DNA from: the human T2T-CHM13v2.0 reference genome, Homo sapiens
Assembly: GCF_009914755.1 (NCBI RefSeq)
Contig: NC_060928.1
Strand: one strand, 5' to 3'
Length of the DNA: 64,000 nucleotides
In this document: in pieces, positions 16,240 through 31,358 of the stretch
Layout of the letters: the number at the start of each line of letters is the position of its first letter
Position numbering within the stretch: the stretch's first letter is position 1
Position numbers and translations under genes: made by a program
The notes under the pieces: model-generated
Databases searched by the model: none
What the model saw: only the letters and a program-made list of their open reading frames with translations
Told to the model about the DNA's origin: nothing

Positions 16240-16440
16240 ATGGTAGCTATCCTTGATTAAAAAGAACAAGATTTGGAATCAAGAAGTTATTGGTCCAACA
16301 CTATTCGGATTACTTACCAGCTGTGTGACTATAGAAACTTTCTTACCTTCTCTAGGGCTGTTGCCTCTTCTGTAAAATGGGGAAACTGAGTTTTGTATTG
16401 CTAACATAGATAACATATGTGGATGTTTAGCATATTACAG
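16240..16440 (+). mobile_element. MIR fragment
   Basis: tttggaatcaag...acttaccagctgtgtgact...cttctgtaaaatgggga. Confidence 0.65.
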
Positions 16441-17284
16441 TTGATAACTGTGCCTTTTTTTCCAAATCAAATTCAGTAACCTTCTCCTGTAGAATCAGCA
16501 GGGAATTATGACAGGATTATGAATGAAGTCCTGTTCCTATCATTCTCAAGGACAGTTTTTGCCTCTGGGCTCCCCTGACTGACGGAGTTGCAGGGGTTGT
16601 GTCTATTGATGATTTGTGGTGAATGTAGCTGTGATTAAATATTGTCTAGATTTCATGACTTATCATGATGGCAGAGGAGGAAGGTAAGAAATATTTGCTG
16701 TTACCCAGGGAACACTGCACAACACAGTTTCAAACTCTTCTTGGATTCCCTTTTGTTGTTTTTATTTCCCCTCTTTTTATTTTATAGCATTATTTCTCTT
16801 TTTTACATTTCTCTTCCTAAGAATACATTTTAGAAACCAGAATTAATTTATTTTTAAGGGAGTTCTGTTGATTTTATTTCACTTTCAGACATTTTAAAAT
16901 AACCTCCAACCTCTTTGTTGCTGTATGCAGGGGCATATTTTCAAGGTCTTGAATTGCAAAATGCCTGAGAGTCAAACAGAAACATCTTTGAGTGTCAGAA
17001 TTCTGAAAAAGTGATTAATGAAGCCAATTCTCTCATGAAAGATGATACAAAGTTATCACATGAGATACTTTTCCTATTCACTAAATAACTAGAAATAACA
17101 AGATAACTGGAAAGTTAATCTGTATTTTCAGAAAAATTTTCTTATTAATATATACTCAATAAAAGAAGAGTGCTTTGAACAACAAGGAGGCTGGTCCATC
17201 AAAGAAGTATGCTCATTTTACATCTGATATGGGTCTCTACTTATTCTAGTTCTTTCTCCATATGTTAGTTGGGGAAACATTTGA

Positions 17285-17975
17285 GATTAAATCTGATCAT
17301 CTTGCTTTCTGCCTAAAATCCCACTGACTCCTTATTGCCCACAACATTAAATCTGGGATGAAAGGCTTTGCTTGATCTGGCCCCAAATAACTTCCAACCT
17401 CAGCTTCTGCCCCTGCAGCATGGGTTCCAGGAGCTCCAGCTGCTCTGCCCCAGGTGATGCCCTTTCACCGCGGGTTCTTTCCAGAGGTCTTTTCCTCTGC
17501 CTGCTCACCATCAAGAACCAGCCCAAATGGCCTTCCTCTCTAAAGCCTCCCTGGACTCCCCCAAGCTTAAGCAATTATTTTTTTCTTTGGGGTCCCATGA
17601 CAATTTATATATAACTTTGTAAGGCACTTACTATTCTGGCTAGTTATATTTCCATTTATAAATGGCTTTACTTATTTAGTTTTTAAAGATACAGTCTGTT
17701 TGTTGTCCAGGCTGGAGTGCAGTGGCACAATCATAGCTCACTGCAGTCTCAAACTCTGGGGCTCAAGAAATCCTCCTGCCTCCGGCCTCCCAAAGTGCTG
17801 GGACTTCAGTTATGAGTTACTGTGCCTGAATGCTTTTATAAATTTCTTATTAGCTTATGAGTGATTTGAAGATAGGTACATTGCTTCTATCTTGTTTGTA
17901 TCACAGGTAACTTGTAGTACAATGTCTATCATGTAGAAGGTGCTCAATAGAGATTAACTGAATGGCTGCATTCAT
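17285..17975 (+). mobile_element. L2 3' fragment (contains a FLAM/AluJ monomer)
   Basis: aaatctgatcat...gcctaaaatccc...catcaagaaccagcccaaatggccttcctctc...gtagaaggtgctcaatagagattaactgaatg. Confidence 0.7.
17668..17829 (-). mobile_element. FLAM_C / AluJ monomer
   Basis: ccaggctggagtgcagtggcacaatcatagctcactgcag...cctcccaaagtgctgggac. Confidence 0.85.
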
Positions 17976-18984
17976 CTAAATTTATATATTTTAAAGGAAG
18001 AGCATACATTTTGCTTCTCTCATCTTCAATTTAATTTTGTTACTCTTAAATATATTTAATAAATATTAATGCCTATTAGCTTTCTATACATATTTATAAT
18101 GAGCAATGGTATATTTGAATTAATTTTTAAAATAAGCTCAAATCACATTGATTTTTACAATTATGAGTACTGAAAAACACATTTTCAATGTTTTCTCCTT
18201 GTGTAGACCTGTTATTTGAAAGGAAATGTCAGCTCCAAGATGCCTCAGGTTGCCTGTGAGCTCCTCTGCTGTTTTCAGCTTGTCAGTGAAACTCCAGTTC
18301 AGATTCCCTATTGGTCACTTAACTGATCTTTTTGGGTAGTAAGGGATCAAGACTACCCACAGAATGCTGTAACCATGGTGATAAGATGCCCTATTTTAAC
18401 TTTTCAACAGAAAAGATGAGATGCTGTAGCACTTCTGTGCCTGTGTTTCCCCATGGAATTTTGGGGAGGCATTCAAGCATTTAAGCAATAGAATCAGGCC
18501 TTGAACAGATAATTACGTTTTACTTTATACTGGTACCTTTTAAATTAGGGGTGCTGACAGACGGCACATAGAGTTCATGACGAGCCAAATGTGAGGTTCA
18601 GGGCAAACCAGGGAGGCTTGTCATTCTTATACACAGACTGAGGAAAAGCTCCTTTAAGTCAACAGTTTTACTTTTTAAATAAAATTGAAGTACTTATCAA
18701 AAATAATGACCGTGTACTCTTTTTGAGGGTGACAAAATACAACTGTAATGGAAGACGAATGTGAATCTTGCAGAAAAATCAAAGTATTCATATAGACTAT
18801 GTTTTCCAAGATTAGTCTTAGACCTAGTTAGAATGGGCAGAAGTGTACACTGCGAGATTTAGGGGGCACTAGGAGGGTGTCCAATATCTTCCCTTTTCTT
18901 TAGTGTGAAAATCCAACTTGCCAGAGTTTTTCCCTTTAAAGGTTTGTAAGCCATTACAATGTAAGCATCTCTGGAAAGGCTTCA

Positions 18985-19320
18985 CAGTAGGGGAGAGGCT
19001 GAAATTTAGTGGCCTGTGAAATCAAACTGGTTGGTAGCTGTGTTTGGCCTGAAGACTATCTTATATATGTTTTTGAACCAACATTTAATCATAAGGAGAC
19101 TTCACATAAAAACCTACATTACTCTATTACCTTTAAACAATAGGGGATGTGGCAGAATGAAATCCTCACAGGACTGGAGCTGAATAGCTGCTGTCCTATT
19201 TAAGTGGGCCACATTCTCTCTAATTTGTCACAGCTTCCAGCCCTCCCACCCTGACTTCAGATAGAGTCCTTTAGGCCTTCCTCACTCATTTACTTACACT
19301 CCCAACCCTCGTAAGTAAAA
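18985..19320. mobile_element. hAT-Charlie element (MER102-like)
   Basis: tttttgaaccaacatttaa...gagacttcacataaaaa...ggagctgaatagctgctgtcc resembles MER102. Confidence 0.5.
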
Positions 19321-19575
19321 AAACAGAGTAGCCTCAATAACTGTGCAATTCAGAAGCTGATGATAAGGCATCTGCTTCGTGTTCTGCCTGGGTTTACTTT
19401 CATCTCTGGGAGCGTTCTCAGAACATTAAGACTTTCCCATGTCTCTTCTCTTCTGTTGTTTCTACCCGTGTTCTTCTCCGGGATATTATCAGAAAATAAA
19501 CACACCAAAGGAAATAAACAAAATATGCATTTCCAATATATTTTCCTTCAAGCATTCACTAAAAAACTTACTATT

Positions 19576-20312
<737 letters not shown>

Positions 20313-21187
20313 TGGTAAATGGCTAAGTATTATTAGCAGGTATCAAGAGGAATTATAAAACAATCCATGCTGAAGACCTGAGGAGGACTATGCGGGTGAG
20401 GTAAAAGAACAGCAAATGATCAAAGATCAACTTTCCTATCAGCATGGATATTTTGTCTCTAGATAGTGTAAGGACAAAAATGAAAAATAGAACAAGATAC
20501 TGGTGGCTGGTCTTTGGGAGTAGTATTGGAACAAAATCTGGTGGAGACCAAGCATAAATTTATGAGGGGCTGAATGGAAATACAAGCATTAAATAATAAC
20601 AGTTGGAGATGCAATATGTATAAAAGGTTTCCGTGATAATTGCCAAATGAATGTTACGGTCAATAAATGCTTTGAGTTCAGAGAGTGAGAGACCACATGG
20701 AAGTTTAGAAGGTTTTGGAAATATTTTCAGGATAGACATTTCTCCAAAAAGCTCTGGATATCACAACTGGATAAGACCTGGTTACTTTTACTGCTAAAGA
20801 AGTGAAAACAGAGGAGGTTGAAATAGAGGAGTCATTTGAATGTTAGGGAAGGTAGTCACCATGCAATATTTTGAAGACATGTTTCTTGAGTGGAGTCTCA
20901 AGACTTCTGAGGAATCGCAACTTATTTATAAAATTTAAAAACATTATGTTTTCATTTTGATGTTAATCTTAAAAAATTATTATTAATGTATTTAGGATCC
21001 CGGCATCATCTTCTGAGAACCACCTCTCGATTTCTTGGCCTCCTTTTGTATTTGTGTTAATACTTACGTTGGCACAAAACAGTACTGCTTCAGTCATAAC
21101 AGGCTGATAAGAAAAAACAGAAGTAGGCTACATATGTAAATGAACCATTCCTGTGACATGCTCGTATGTGCTCAAAGATAGACAGGA

Positions 21188-21432
21188 GGCTGAGCGCGGT
21201 GGCTCGCACCTGTAATCTCAACACTTTGGGAGGATGAGGCGAGCAGATCACTTGAATTCAGGAGTTAGAGACCATTTTGGGCAACATGGCAAAACCCTGT
21301 CTGTGCAAACAATACAAAAATTAGGCTTGCTGGTGTGTGCCTGGGGATGTTGAGACAGCAGTGAGCCGTGATGGCGCCACTGCACTCCTGGAAACAAGAG
21401 TGAGACTTTGTGTTAAAAAAAAAAAAAAAAAA
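21188..21432 (+). mobile_element. AluJ-type with ~50-bp right-arm deletion
   Basis: ggctgagcgcggtggctc...gtgtgcctg|gggatgttgag; TSD agacagga at 21180-21187 and 21741-21748 encloses both Alus. Confidence 0.88.
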
Positions 21433-21813
<381 letters not shown>

Positions 21814-22354
21814 TTATGGGCCAGTTAAATTAAGCACATGCAAATCTCTTGAGGACAGACATTAAATTGGGAGCTACCATCCATTCTCATTTTGAGAAAT
21901 AAAATATTTAAAATATTCTGTCAAGTAAGAAGCACCAATTTCAATCCGAAGTCTAAGCTGCCATTATTTTCTAGAATAGGAAAATTAGCATTTGATTTCT
22001 CTCTTGCTATGTCTGGGAGACTTATCAGAATAATACGAGAGATACTGTGGTCTTCAGTAAACTTAAGATTCATAAGTTCTTCCAATTCTTCCATTGTATT
22101 AGCTAAATGGAATTCTGTGGTAGTGCTGTCCTGTAGGAAGAAACCTATGCCCCAGAAGACACCTAGCCTCCAGGTAAAATGCAATTAGCTCAGCACAGAA
22201 AATATAATTAGCATCCTGTCCATTTTATATGTCAGATAGCTCTTGCAGGAGCCCATTCATCTCAATCCCTATTCCCGCTCATCTCCTTTGTATTGTTAAA
22301 ATGGTTTTTAACCGGAACCTGTGCTGCCAGGTGGTATGCTTTCCTTTTGTTTAA

Positions 22355-22880
22355 ATCCACTCACTGTATGTATTTCTTGAATGCTGCTATGGGCTGCTCA
22401 CCAAGTTAGATGCTGTAATAAGCCCCACAGACACCGTCTCTGCCTTTGCAGAGGTTATAGCCAAATGAGAACAGAGACATGAAATGAGTAATCATGCAAA
22501 TGACAAGTGTGATAGGGCTTGAGAATCTCATTACAAGGGAAAGGAAAGTCTGGGAGCTCAGAGAAAGGCTCCCAGAGGAGCACAAGGGTCTTTAACCTGA
22601 GGCTTGCCACTTGAGAGAGAAGTCACCAAGCAAAGGGCAAGCAGAAAAGCAGTGGGACGAGAATGTTTCTAGTATAAGACGGAGAGGCTGAGTGGTGCCC
22701 CAGAGTACTAGCATTTGGGGTATGGGTGGGACTGGCTGGGAACAGCTCAAGTGAGTTCTGCCCTCAGTCTCAGATCTTGAAGGGCCCTGTAAGCCTGGTA
22801 AGTATTTGGGTCTTTATTCTAAAAACAGTTGAAGGCAATTAAAGATTTTAACTTAGGAGTAATAAGATTGGCTCTGGGTG
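22355..22880 (-). mobile_element. L2 fragment
   Basis: tatttcttgaatgctgctatg...gtctctgcctttgcagaggttatagcc...agggccctgtaagcctggtaagtatttgggtctttattct. Confidence 0.65.
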
Positions 22881-22913
22881 GGGAATTCATTCCAAGTGGC
22901 AGCTAATCTTTTT

Positions 22914-23158
22914 GGGTTGTTTGGTTTTGTTTTTTTGAACCTCCGCCTCCCAGGTTCAAGCAATTCTCCTACCACAGCCTCCCGAGTAGCTGGGACTATA
23001 GGCGCATGCCGCCACGCCCAGCTGATTGTTTGTATTTTAGTAGAGATGGGGTTTCACGATGTTGCCCAGGCTGGTCTTGAACTCCTGAGCTCAGGCAATC
23101 CACCTGCCTTGGCCTCCCAAAGTGCTGGGATTACAGGCGTGAGCCACCACACCCTGCC
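22914..23158 (-). mobile_element. AluS with ~60-bp deletion next to the tail
   Basis: Tail joins directly to aacctccgcctcc; TSD ctaatcttttt at 22903-22913 and 23159-23169. Confidence 0.9.
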
Positions 23159-23169
23159 CTAATCTTTTT

Positions 23170-24330
23170 TAAGAGTGCAATCTGATTGTCATTCTCCTGT
23201 TTAAAAACATTTAGTGACTTCTTCCCGCTGTCAGAATGGCTTCTAAACTTTTAATAAGGTTTACAAGGCCCCTCTTGAACTAATCCCTCCTACTTTCCTA
23301 GGCTCATCTTTGATTATCATGGCCCCCCCGCCGCCCCTCCCCTGCCCTTTTCTTCCTACTTCTGCTCCCACCACACTCCTCCCCTGCTCCAGCCCAGGAC
23401 CTTTCATGCTTTTTTTTGACCTCGACCAAGTAAATAATTCTTAGCATTTTACAGTGTGACTCAGTATGCATTTACACACATATACATATATCAGATAAAA
23501 GCTTTATGGAGCAATGGAGGAGGAATTCTAGTATTTTCCCTTTTCTTTCTTATAAATGTGGGTTTACACTTACCAAACTGACTTCATGACCCACTCTGCT
23601 CAGTAGTTCTTTCATGAGCCAGTTCTCCCTTTTTGTCTGAGACTTTGCACATGTGCTTACTTCTGAGTAAAGCACTTTCTTCCTGCTCTGCTGCTTGCCA
23701 GGGAATTCCTGCTCTACTTTCCGTCTCAACCAGAAAGTCTCAGGGAATCTTTGTTAACTTCTCAAGTCCAGCTTACGCACTATTTCTGACTTTTCGTTGC
23801 CTTCTCTCTGCCTGTTCTCCACACCTACCTCCCTTTCTTTTTTTTCCTTTTTCACAACTATTTATTGAAAGCCTACTATATGCCAGGCACTGTTCTAGGC
23901 ATGGGGGTAGGGCTGCCTTCATGGGGCTCTGTGCTCAGAGGACCCCCACACTTGGTTTAACGCTCTGCTATTGCTGCCTTGAACATCTTAATATTTTTTT
24001 ATCAAGGGGTCTCACATTTTCATTTCATACCGAGCCTCACAAATCATGTAGCCAATCCTGCATTGGGGGTGCAAGGTACAAAATAGACCCAAATTCCTAC
24101 CCTCGTAGAGTTCACATTTTCGTGCTTACTGCAAACTCATCTCTTTCCTTAGCAGTTGTCTCAATGTACAGTATTTGACTATTTACCTTCCTGTCATCCC
24201 AACTAGTCTCTAAACTCCTAGAGGGCAAATACTCCTTTGCCCAACTATTTCCAGTGTATATTATACTGCCTGGAACCCTTTAACCTTATATACACTAACA
24301 AGTTTATGTAGAATGAATGAATGAACAAAT
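23170..24330 (+). mobile_element. L2 fragments with nested insertions
   Basis: gcaatctgattgtcattctcctgtttaaaa...tttacaaggccc; 3' end taaactcctagagggca...gaatgaatgaatgaa. Confidence 0.65.
23908..24060. mobile_element. MER91A-like hAT-Tip100 MITE
   Basis: tagggctgccttcatggg...cacaaatcatgtagccaatcctg; 8-bp TSD catggggg/cattgggg (7/8); lies inside a minus-strand L2 3' end (~23850-24120). Confidence 0.75.
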
Positions 24331-25764
24331 ATGTTGCCTCCAACCCTTGTCCTATAATACATGGCTCCCTTGATCAATGCTATCCTTGAGGCTGCTTTGA
24401 CAAATTTTCGCTTGTATTAAAGCTCTGTCACTGGCTATGAAGCCCATCAACTCTGAAGTGATAACTTTAGAAGAGTTACAATTTTATGTACATTAGTGAG
24501 TTTTATTTACACTTATGATTGTGATTAATTCACCAAGCAGATGACCTCCACCAAGAATTTGAGGCCCAAGTATCATTCTCAAAGTGAGCACAGAAAGTTT
24601 GAAATGTTTTTGAGATGATTAATGACTTCAACTGGAAGAGATAAAAGCAGAGGAAGAGCATCAGGACTTGAGAATGCAGGGAAACTGAGATGAAAAGCTT
24701 GTCTTATGCTTTTTAATTCTCTTTAAAATATAACCTAGTTACTCTAGAATTTATTTGTAATAATATTGGTTCAAACTTGAAGATAGAGTTATAGGATGAC
24801 TTCTTAAGATGTCATAATCATCAGTTGGGCATCATTATTTTCCTGAGGAAACCAATTTTAGTCTAATAACTCCAGTATTTAAAACTCCAGGATGTTTGTT
24901 TTTTGTCTGTATCTGGTTTGAAGAATGGCATACAGGTTATGTTCAAATACTTGAAGTTTCTGTATACCTTAAAGCACTTTTAAGGGTTAATAAAAATACA
25001 TGTCCTATCCTTATCACTTACCTTTTACTGCCATCCTGTGGCAAATTTATTTTCTAGATAAAAATCCATTTGCAAAACCACGTTTTTTATTTTTATCATG
25101 GATCACGGTTTCAGATTTTATCAGTCCTCAGTTAACACAGGCACACCATAATATACACATATTTAGCAGCATTTTGCTTTACTGGCATGTTCCACAATGC
25201 AGTAGCATACAGTTTATAATTGTGAGATTTCACAAAACATTTTTCTAAAGGACTCTCCTCAATTATCTCCTTATTTCTTTCCTCAGTGGGTTTTCAGTGG
25301 ATGCTTGGGCAGTAACAGTTTATCATAGCTTCAGTGAGACTTCCTTGGTTGTCTCTCTGTATTTGGAATACTTACAGATACTTTCCGCTGGAACCCAGAT
25401 TTGGATTTCCTTTCTTGGATGTCCTCTCTTCTGATCTTCTAGACTTCTACTAAGTTCCAGCATTCTTATTGGCGAGATAAAAGGCACAAGCAAGATCAGG
25501 CAGGGTGCTTATGACAGAATGTGCTCATGTGTCGCCTGGTTGTGACCATCTCAGGTCAGCATCTCTGGATAAGCAGGGTCCACATGGGGCTCGGGGAGAT
25601 AGCGGGCAATAGTGTCCTTGTTTGGAGTTTGACGTAGCCTCTGTGACTAGGAGGCTGACAGCAGGCAGGTTTCACAAGGGTAAGTTTTGTTCATGCTGTC
25701 TACCCTAAACCATTAGGACCTAGATTCTATTATAGTGGAAAATAATAAGTCTGAAAAATAATAA

Positions 25765-25975
25765 CAACAATGCTAATGGCTAATCCTTTGGAGTCCTAAT
25801 TTATATGCCATGCCATGTTCTAAACACTTTACATGCATTATTTCATATTTCAAACTATCCTATGAGTAGAGGCCATTATTATTCTTATTTTACAAATTAA
25901 AAAAAAAAAAGCCCCGAGTCTTACAGTGACAAGATGCCTTGTTTAAGTTTACTCAGCTGTGGACTGGAGGGCTGG
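25765..25975 (-). mobile_element. MIR fragment
   Basis: atatgccatgccatgttctaaacactttacatgcattatttcat...cctatgagtagagg...attttacaaa. Confidence 0.65.
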
Positions 25976-26207
25976 TGGACCCAATGAGTGAGTGAATAAA
26001 GTGTTAGGTTGGATGCCCAGTGTATGTACTTCAGTTTTTTCTTCCTTCTAAATCATTTCCTTACAGCTCAAGGAATCTTCCAGAAGTTGCATTTTCTTTA
26101 ATTTTTCTTATACCTCATTCAATATAACTTTCTCTTATTTGTTTGGAAAGAAAACCTAGGAATCATGAGATGTCCTTCATTTATCCTGGGCCAGGTACTA
26201 GTAGTAA

Positions 26208-26814
<607 letters not shown>

Positions 26815-27289
26815 TAAAGTAAACTAACCACAGAATTTATTTTAATGTACATTTATTTTCTGCTTTTGGTTTTGTGGAAAATTCAAGTGTTTAATTTCCT
26901 GCCACTTGGCTGTTAACATGACACTCTTATACTGGTAACAGACACTGTTGTGCAGGATTGGATGGGGTTTAGTATGTCCAAATGATATTTCATCATTCTA
27001 GGATTACGTTCAGTCTCTTTCTCTAATGCATGCTGGACACAACATGACCTTGTTTGCTGGTTCTGATTTTCCAAAGGACCTTTGACATTCTTTCAGAATA
27101 AAGGTTCCCTATTGAAATTTTAGCTACATATCTTATTCTGCATTTTTATTATGCTGCTTTAACTACTGTCCCATAAATTGATCTTCATCAAACTTTTTTT
27201 TCTCATTCATGATTCAACTTATTTCATGGTGCTCGGAGGGTCTGTCCATATGTAATAATAAACAAAATAGCCTTATATTTTATATCTGT

Positions 27290-27505
27290 AATGATAAATA
27301 TTTATTGCATGTTTACTATATGCCAGGCACTGTTCTAAGTGCTTTATGTGTCTGTCTCATTTAATATTCACAACCCTATAAGATTTTTACTATTATCGTC
27401 TCCAATCATAAAATACTTCATACTTCCTCCATAGAGGAGAAGAGTGATGCAAGCATGGAGAAATGAATCAATTCACCCAAAGTCACATAGTTTGAAGCAG
27501 CAGAA
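27290..27505 (-). mobile_element. MIR fragment
   Basis: tttattgcatgtttactatatgccaggcactgttctaagtgcttta...tcatttaatattcacaaccctataag. Confidence 0.7.
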
Positions 27506-27702
27506 GAAATGTACGTGTAATAAATATTAATTGCTTTTGAAATTTTATATCCTAAATTAAAGCTATTTTAAAACAAATCAAAAGAAGAAATATAATCTTA
27601 ATCCCTTATATCTCATTCCACATCTGGTTTTGATCACTTGTATGTCAACAGAATCGTTTTTCTGTATCAGATTCTACCCTGGCCACCAGCTTAATAAGGG
27701 AT

Positions 27703-28071
27703 TGTATTAGTCCGTTTTCATGCTGCTGATAAACACATATTGGAGACTGGGCAATTTACAAAGGAAAGAGGTTTAATGGAGAACTCACAATTTCCACGTG
27801 GCTGGGGAAGCCTCATGAAGATGGTGGAAGGCAAGGAGGAGCAAGTCCCATCTTACTTGGATGGCGGCAAGCAAAGAGAGAGCTTGTGCAGAGAAACTCC
27901 CTTTTTTAAAACCAGCAGATCTCTTGAGACCCATTCACTATCACAAGAACAGCATGGGAAATACCCGCCCCCAGGGTTCAATCATCTACCACCAGGTCCT
28001 TCCCACAAGATGCGGGAATTATGGGAGCTACAAGATGAGATTTGGGTAGGGACACAGAACCAACCATATCA
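27703..28071 (-). mobile_element. THE1 solo LTR (THE1B-like)
   Basis: tgtattagtccgttttcatgctgctgataaa...caaccatatca; TSD gggat/gggac (4/5). Confidence 0.92.
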
Positions 28072-28439
28072 GGGACCATTGAAGGGGCACTGGCAGCACA
28101 ATAATGAGACAAAACCCACAGTCTGCATCCACTTCCCATCTCTCATAATTTTGGAATCCGGTTCATTTTAGCTGTTTTACTGACACACACAGAGGTATAT
28201 CTACCCTGGCCTCTAAGGGTGGGCTGGTCAACTGAGAGTGTCTGTTCCTGGTCACAGCTCCACTCCTACCCCTCCCATGCACCCTTGTTACCCAGTTGCA
28301 TCTAATTCTAGAGAATTGGCTCCATCTCTTGTTTATCATTCTGTTCCTGCTTTTGGGATTTACATTTGGTTTCTCTGGTACTTGACTTCCAGCTTCTTTG
28401 TAGGACCATGTGACGGACTTTCATCCTGGGAAAGGCTAG

Positions 28440-28630
28440 CATTACATTTAAGAGTGAGGTTTCTGGAATCAAGCTGCTGGAGTTCACTGCCCAGATCTGC
28501 CACTCACCACCACGTGATCTTGGGCAAATCCAATAAAAATAGCTAAAAACCTCAGTTTCCTTATCTGTAAAATGGGAATAATTAAATGGAAATTGTGAGA
28601 TTTCATGTAAAGCACTTACAGTGCCTGAGA
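28440..28630 (+). mobile_element. MIR
   Basis: tctggaatcaagctgc...tgatcttgggcaa...cctcagtttccttatctgtaaaatgggaataat. Confidence 0.75.
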
Positions 28631-28680
28631 GATTGCACTCACTCACTCACTCACCCATTTATTCAGCAAGTATTCACTGA

Positions 28681-29196
<516 letters not shown>

Positions 29197-30769
29197 TAAG
29201 AGGAAAAATAAGGCAAAAAAAAGGACTGGAAAATGTTGGAGGGCTGGTCTATAATTTTAACTACGCTAGTTAAAGGGGCCTCATTAAGATATTTGAGTAA
29301 AGACTAAATGGGATGAGTGAGCCAGCTAGTCAGTTTTCTCAGGACACAGAATACCAGGCTGAAGGAACAATGGGTGCAAAAATCCTGAGGCAGCAAGATC
29401 TGGTGGATTAAGAAAACAGAAGGAAGACAAGTCTCACTGAAGCAGAATAACGGGATTTGCTGAGGCATCACATGTAGGATGTGAGAGAAGGAGAGCAGTC
29501 AAGAAAGACACCAACTTCTTTGTCTAAACTATAGTCAGTATGTAATTGTCATTTACTGTCATTTACTGAGGTGGGCAGGCTGGTGAGAGAAGTGAGTTTG
29601 GGGCTAGGGTAGGGGGATGGTTAATGTGGTTAAGGACATCAACCTCAGATTTGGACATACCAGATGCCAGTTAATCACCTTCACCTAAGCTAACGTATCA
29701 AGAAGCCAGTTGGATATGGAAGTCTGGAGTTCAGGGGAAAGGTCTGGCTAAAACAGAAATTAGTAGCCTGTAGCTAGTATTGAAAGTTATGAGATTTGGG
29801 TAGGGACACAGACACAACCATATCAGGGACCATTGAAGGGGCGCTGGCAGCATAATAATAAGACAAACCCCACAGTTTGCATCCTCTGACAATGGGATCA
29901 TCAGAGGAATTTAGTTGGAAAAGAGGAAATCCAATGTTTAGAAGTCAGGGAGATAAGTAAGTATCCCGTAAATGGTGGCTGCTAGTGTTACCATCACAAT
30001 TGCTTCCCCAGCTCCCCCTACTTGAGGTCCACCCATCAATCTAGCTCACGGTCAATCCCAGCTTCCACCAGCTCTCCATGTTTCCTCTAAGAGGCCCTTT
30101 GGAAAAACTCACCCTCTGCTGTGTCTTTCAGTTTCTCTAGAGGACGGTATTGTAGTTGAAAACATCATTTCCAGCTATGGTCATCCAATTGGGATCACAT
30201 TGCCTTTTCCTGACAGCACCGGCCATCCTGGGTAGAATCAATTGCACCCTCCTGCTTTTAGCACATTGCTGTCCTCTTAGAAAAGTTCCCTTCAATCCCC
30301 TACCTTTCACTGGTCACCACTCCACCCACACTCCAAACACTGGGAAGCCAGCAGTCTGCTGCCTCAACACCCAGCAATCTGGATCTGACTGCTTCTTTCT
30401 GCCTCTGGCTGCACAGAGACCAAGTCTCAGGGAGCTAACAATGCCTTTCTCTTTGACCAGGGGCAATTCTTTCTCTCCTTTTCATTTAAGGCTTTTGGAC
30501 TTTTCTTGAAGATTTGAACTCTCTGGCTTAACACATCTCGCTATGGTTTTGTTTGTTTTTAACTTTTAGTTGGAAACTTCACAACATAAAGAGTATATAT
30601 TATATTTTGTACAATTTAAATAATATTATAAAATGAATGCTTGCATACCCATACCCATACCCATCTTAAGGAAAAGAACACTCCAGTGGCTCTGAAATCC
30701 CCTGTGTGCCCTGCCTTAATTCTGTTCATTTTCCTCCCCACCAGACGCTAAGTTGTTCCTTTGTAGCTT

Positions 30770-31358
30770 TGTCATTACATCACTCAGAATTTCATCGGGA
30801 AAGAAGACTCACTATAAATGATTTAAGATAGGGGTTATTATAGGACTTACACCTTATACCTCCTATACCTTTCAGTGAAGATCTGAAAGGGGAAGTGCGA
30901 AAAATGGAGTAAAAACCACTAACCAGCCCTCCTGAAGCACCAAGTTGATGGGTAAGTCGGAATTTCAAGGAGGAGCTAAGAATCCAAGTGCATCTAGCAA
31001 CGGGAGTGGGGCCACAAAGAGGGAGATGGAAAAGAATCCTACGGGAAGTGATTGCCACTGTAGCTGCCCCCTCTGTAGGTCTACTGTTGGTCAGCAGGCC
31101 CCCAGTGAGGAAGAAGGGCTGGGAGCTGAGTTGAGCAGAGGAAGTATAAGCTGCAACCTCCTGGCACTTCTGCATGTCTGTCACCACATTTGATGGCACA
31201 GATCTTTTGAGAAAATTGGATGCTGCTTCACTCTGCTTCCAATATCTTGTTCAAGTTCCTCTTTTGACCAAGTTTTACTTTAATCTGCACAGGGTAGAAA
31301 ACTCTGGGATATATAGTTCCTAGCTTAGTCAGGTTGTCAATAGAATAAACCAGCACTG
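30770..31358 (-). mobile_element. Ancient ERVL-class LTR (family uncertain)
   Basis: End tctgggatatatagttcctagcttagtcaggttgtcaa resembles ERVL LTR40/41/52-type termini; abrupt GC shift inside the L1. Confidence 0.45.

Noticed and set aside
23322-23347. C-rich tract as a minus-strand G-quadruplex
   Set aside because: Short low-complexity run within a decayed L2, with no supporting context
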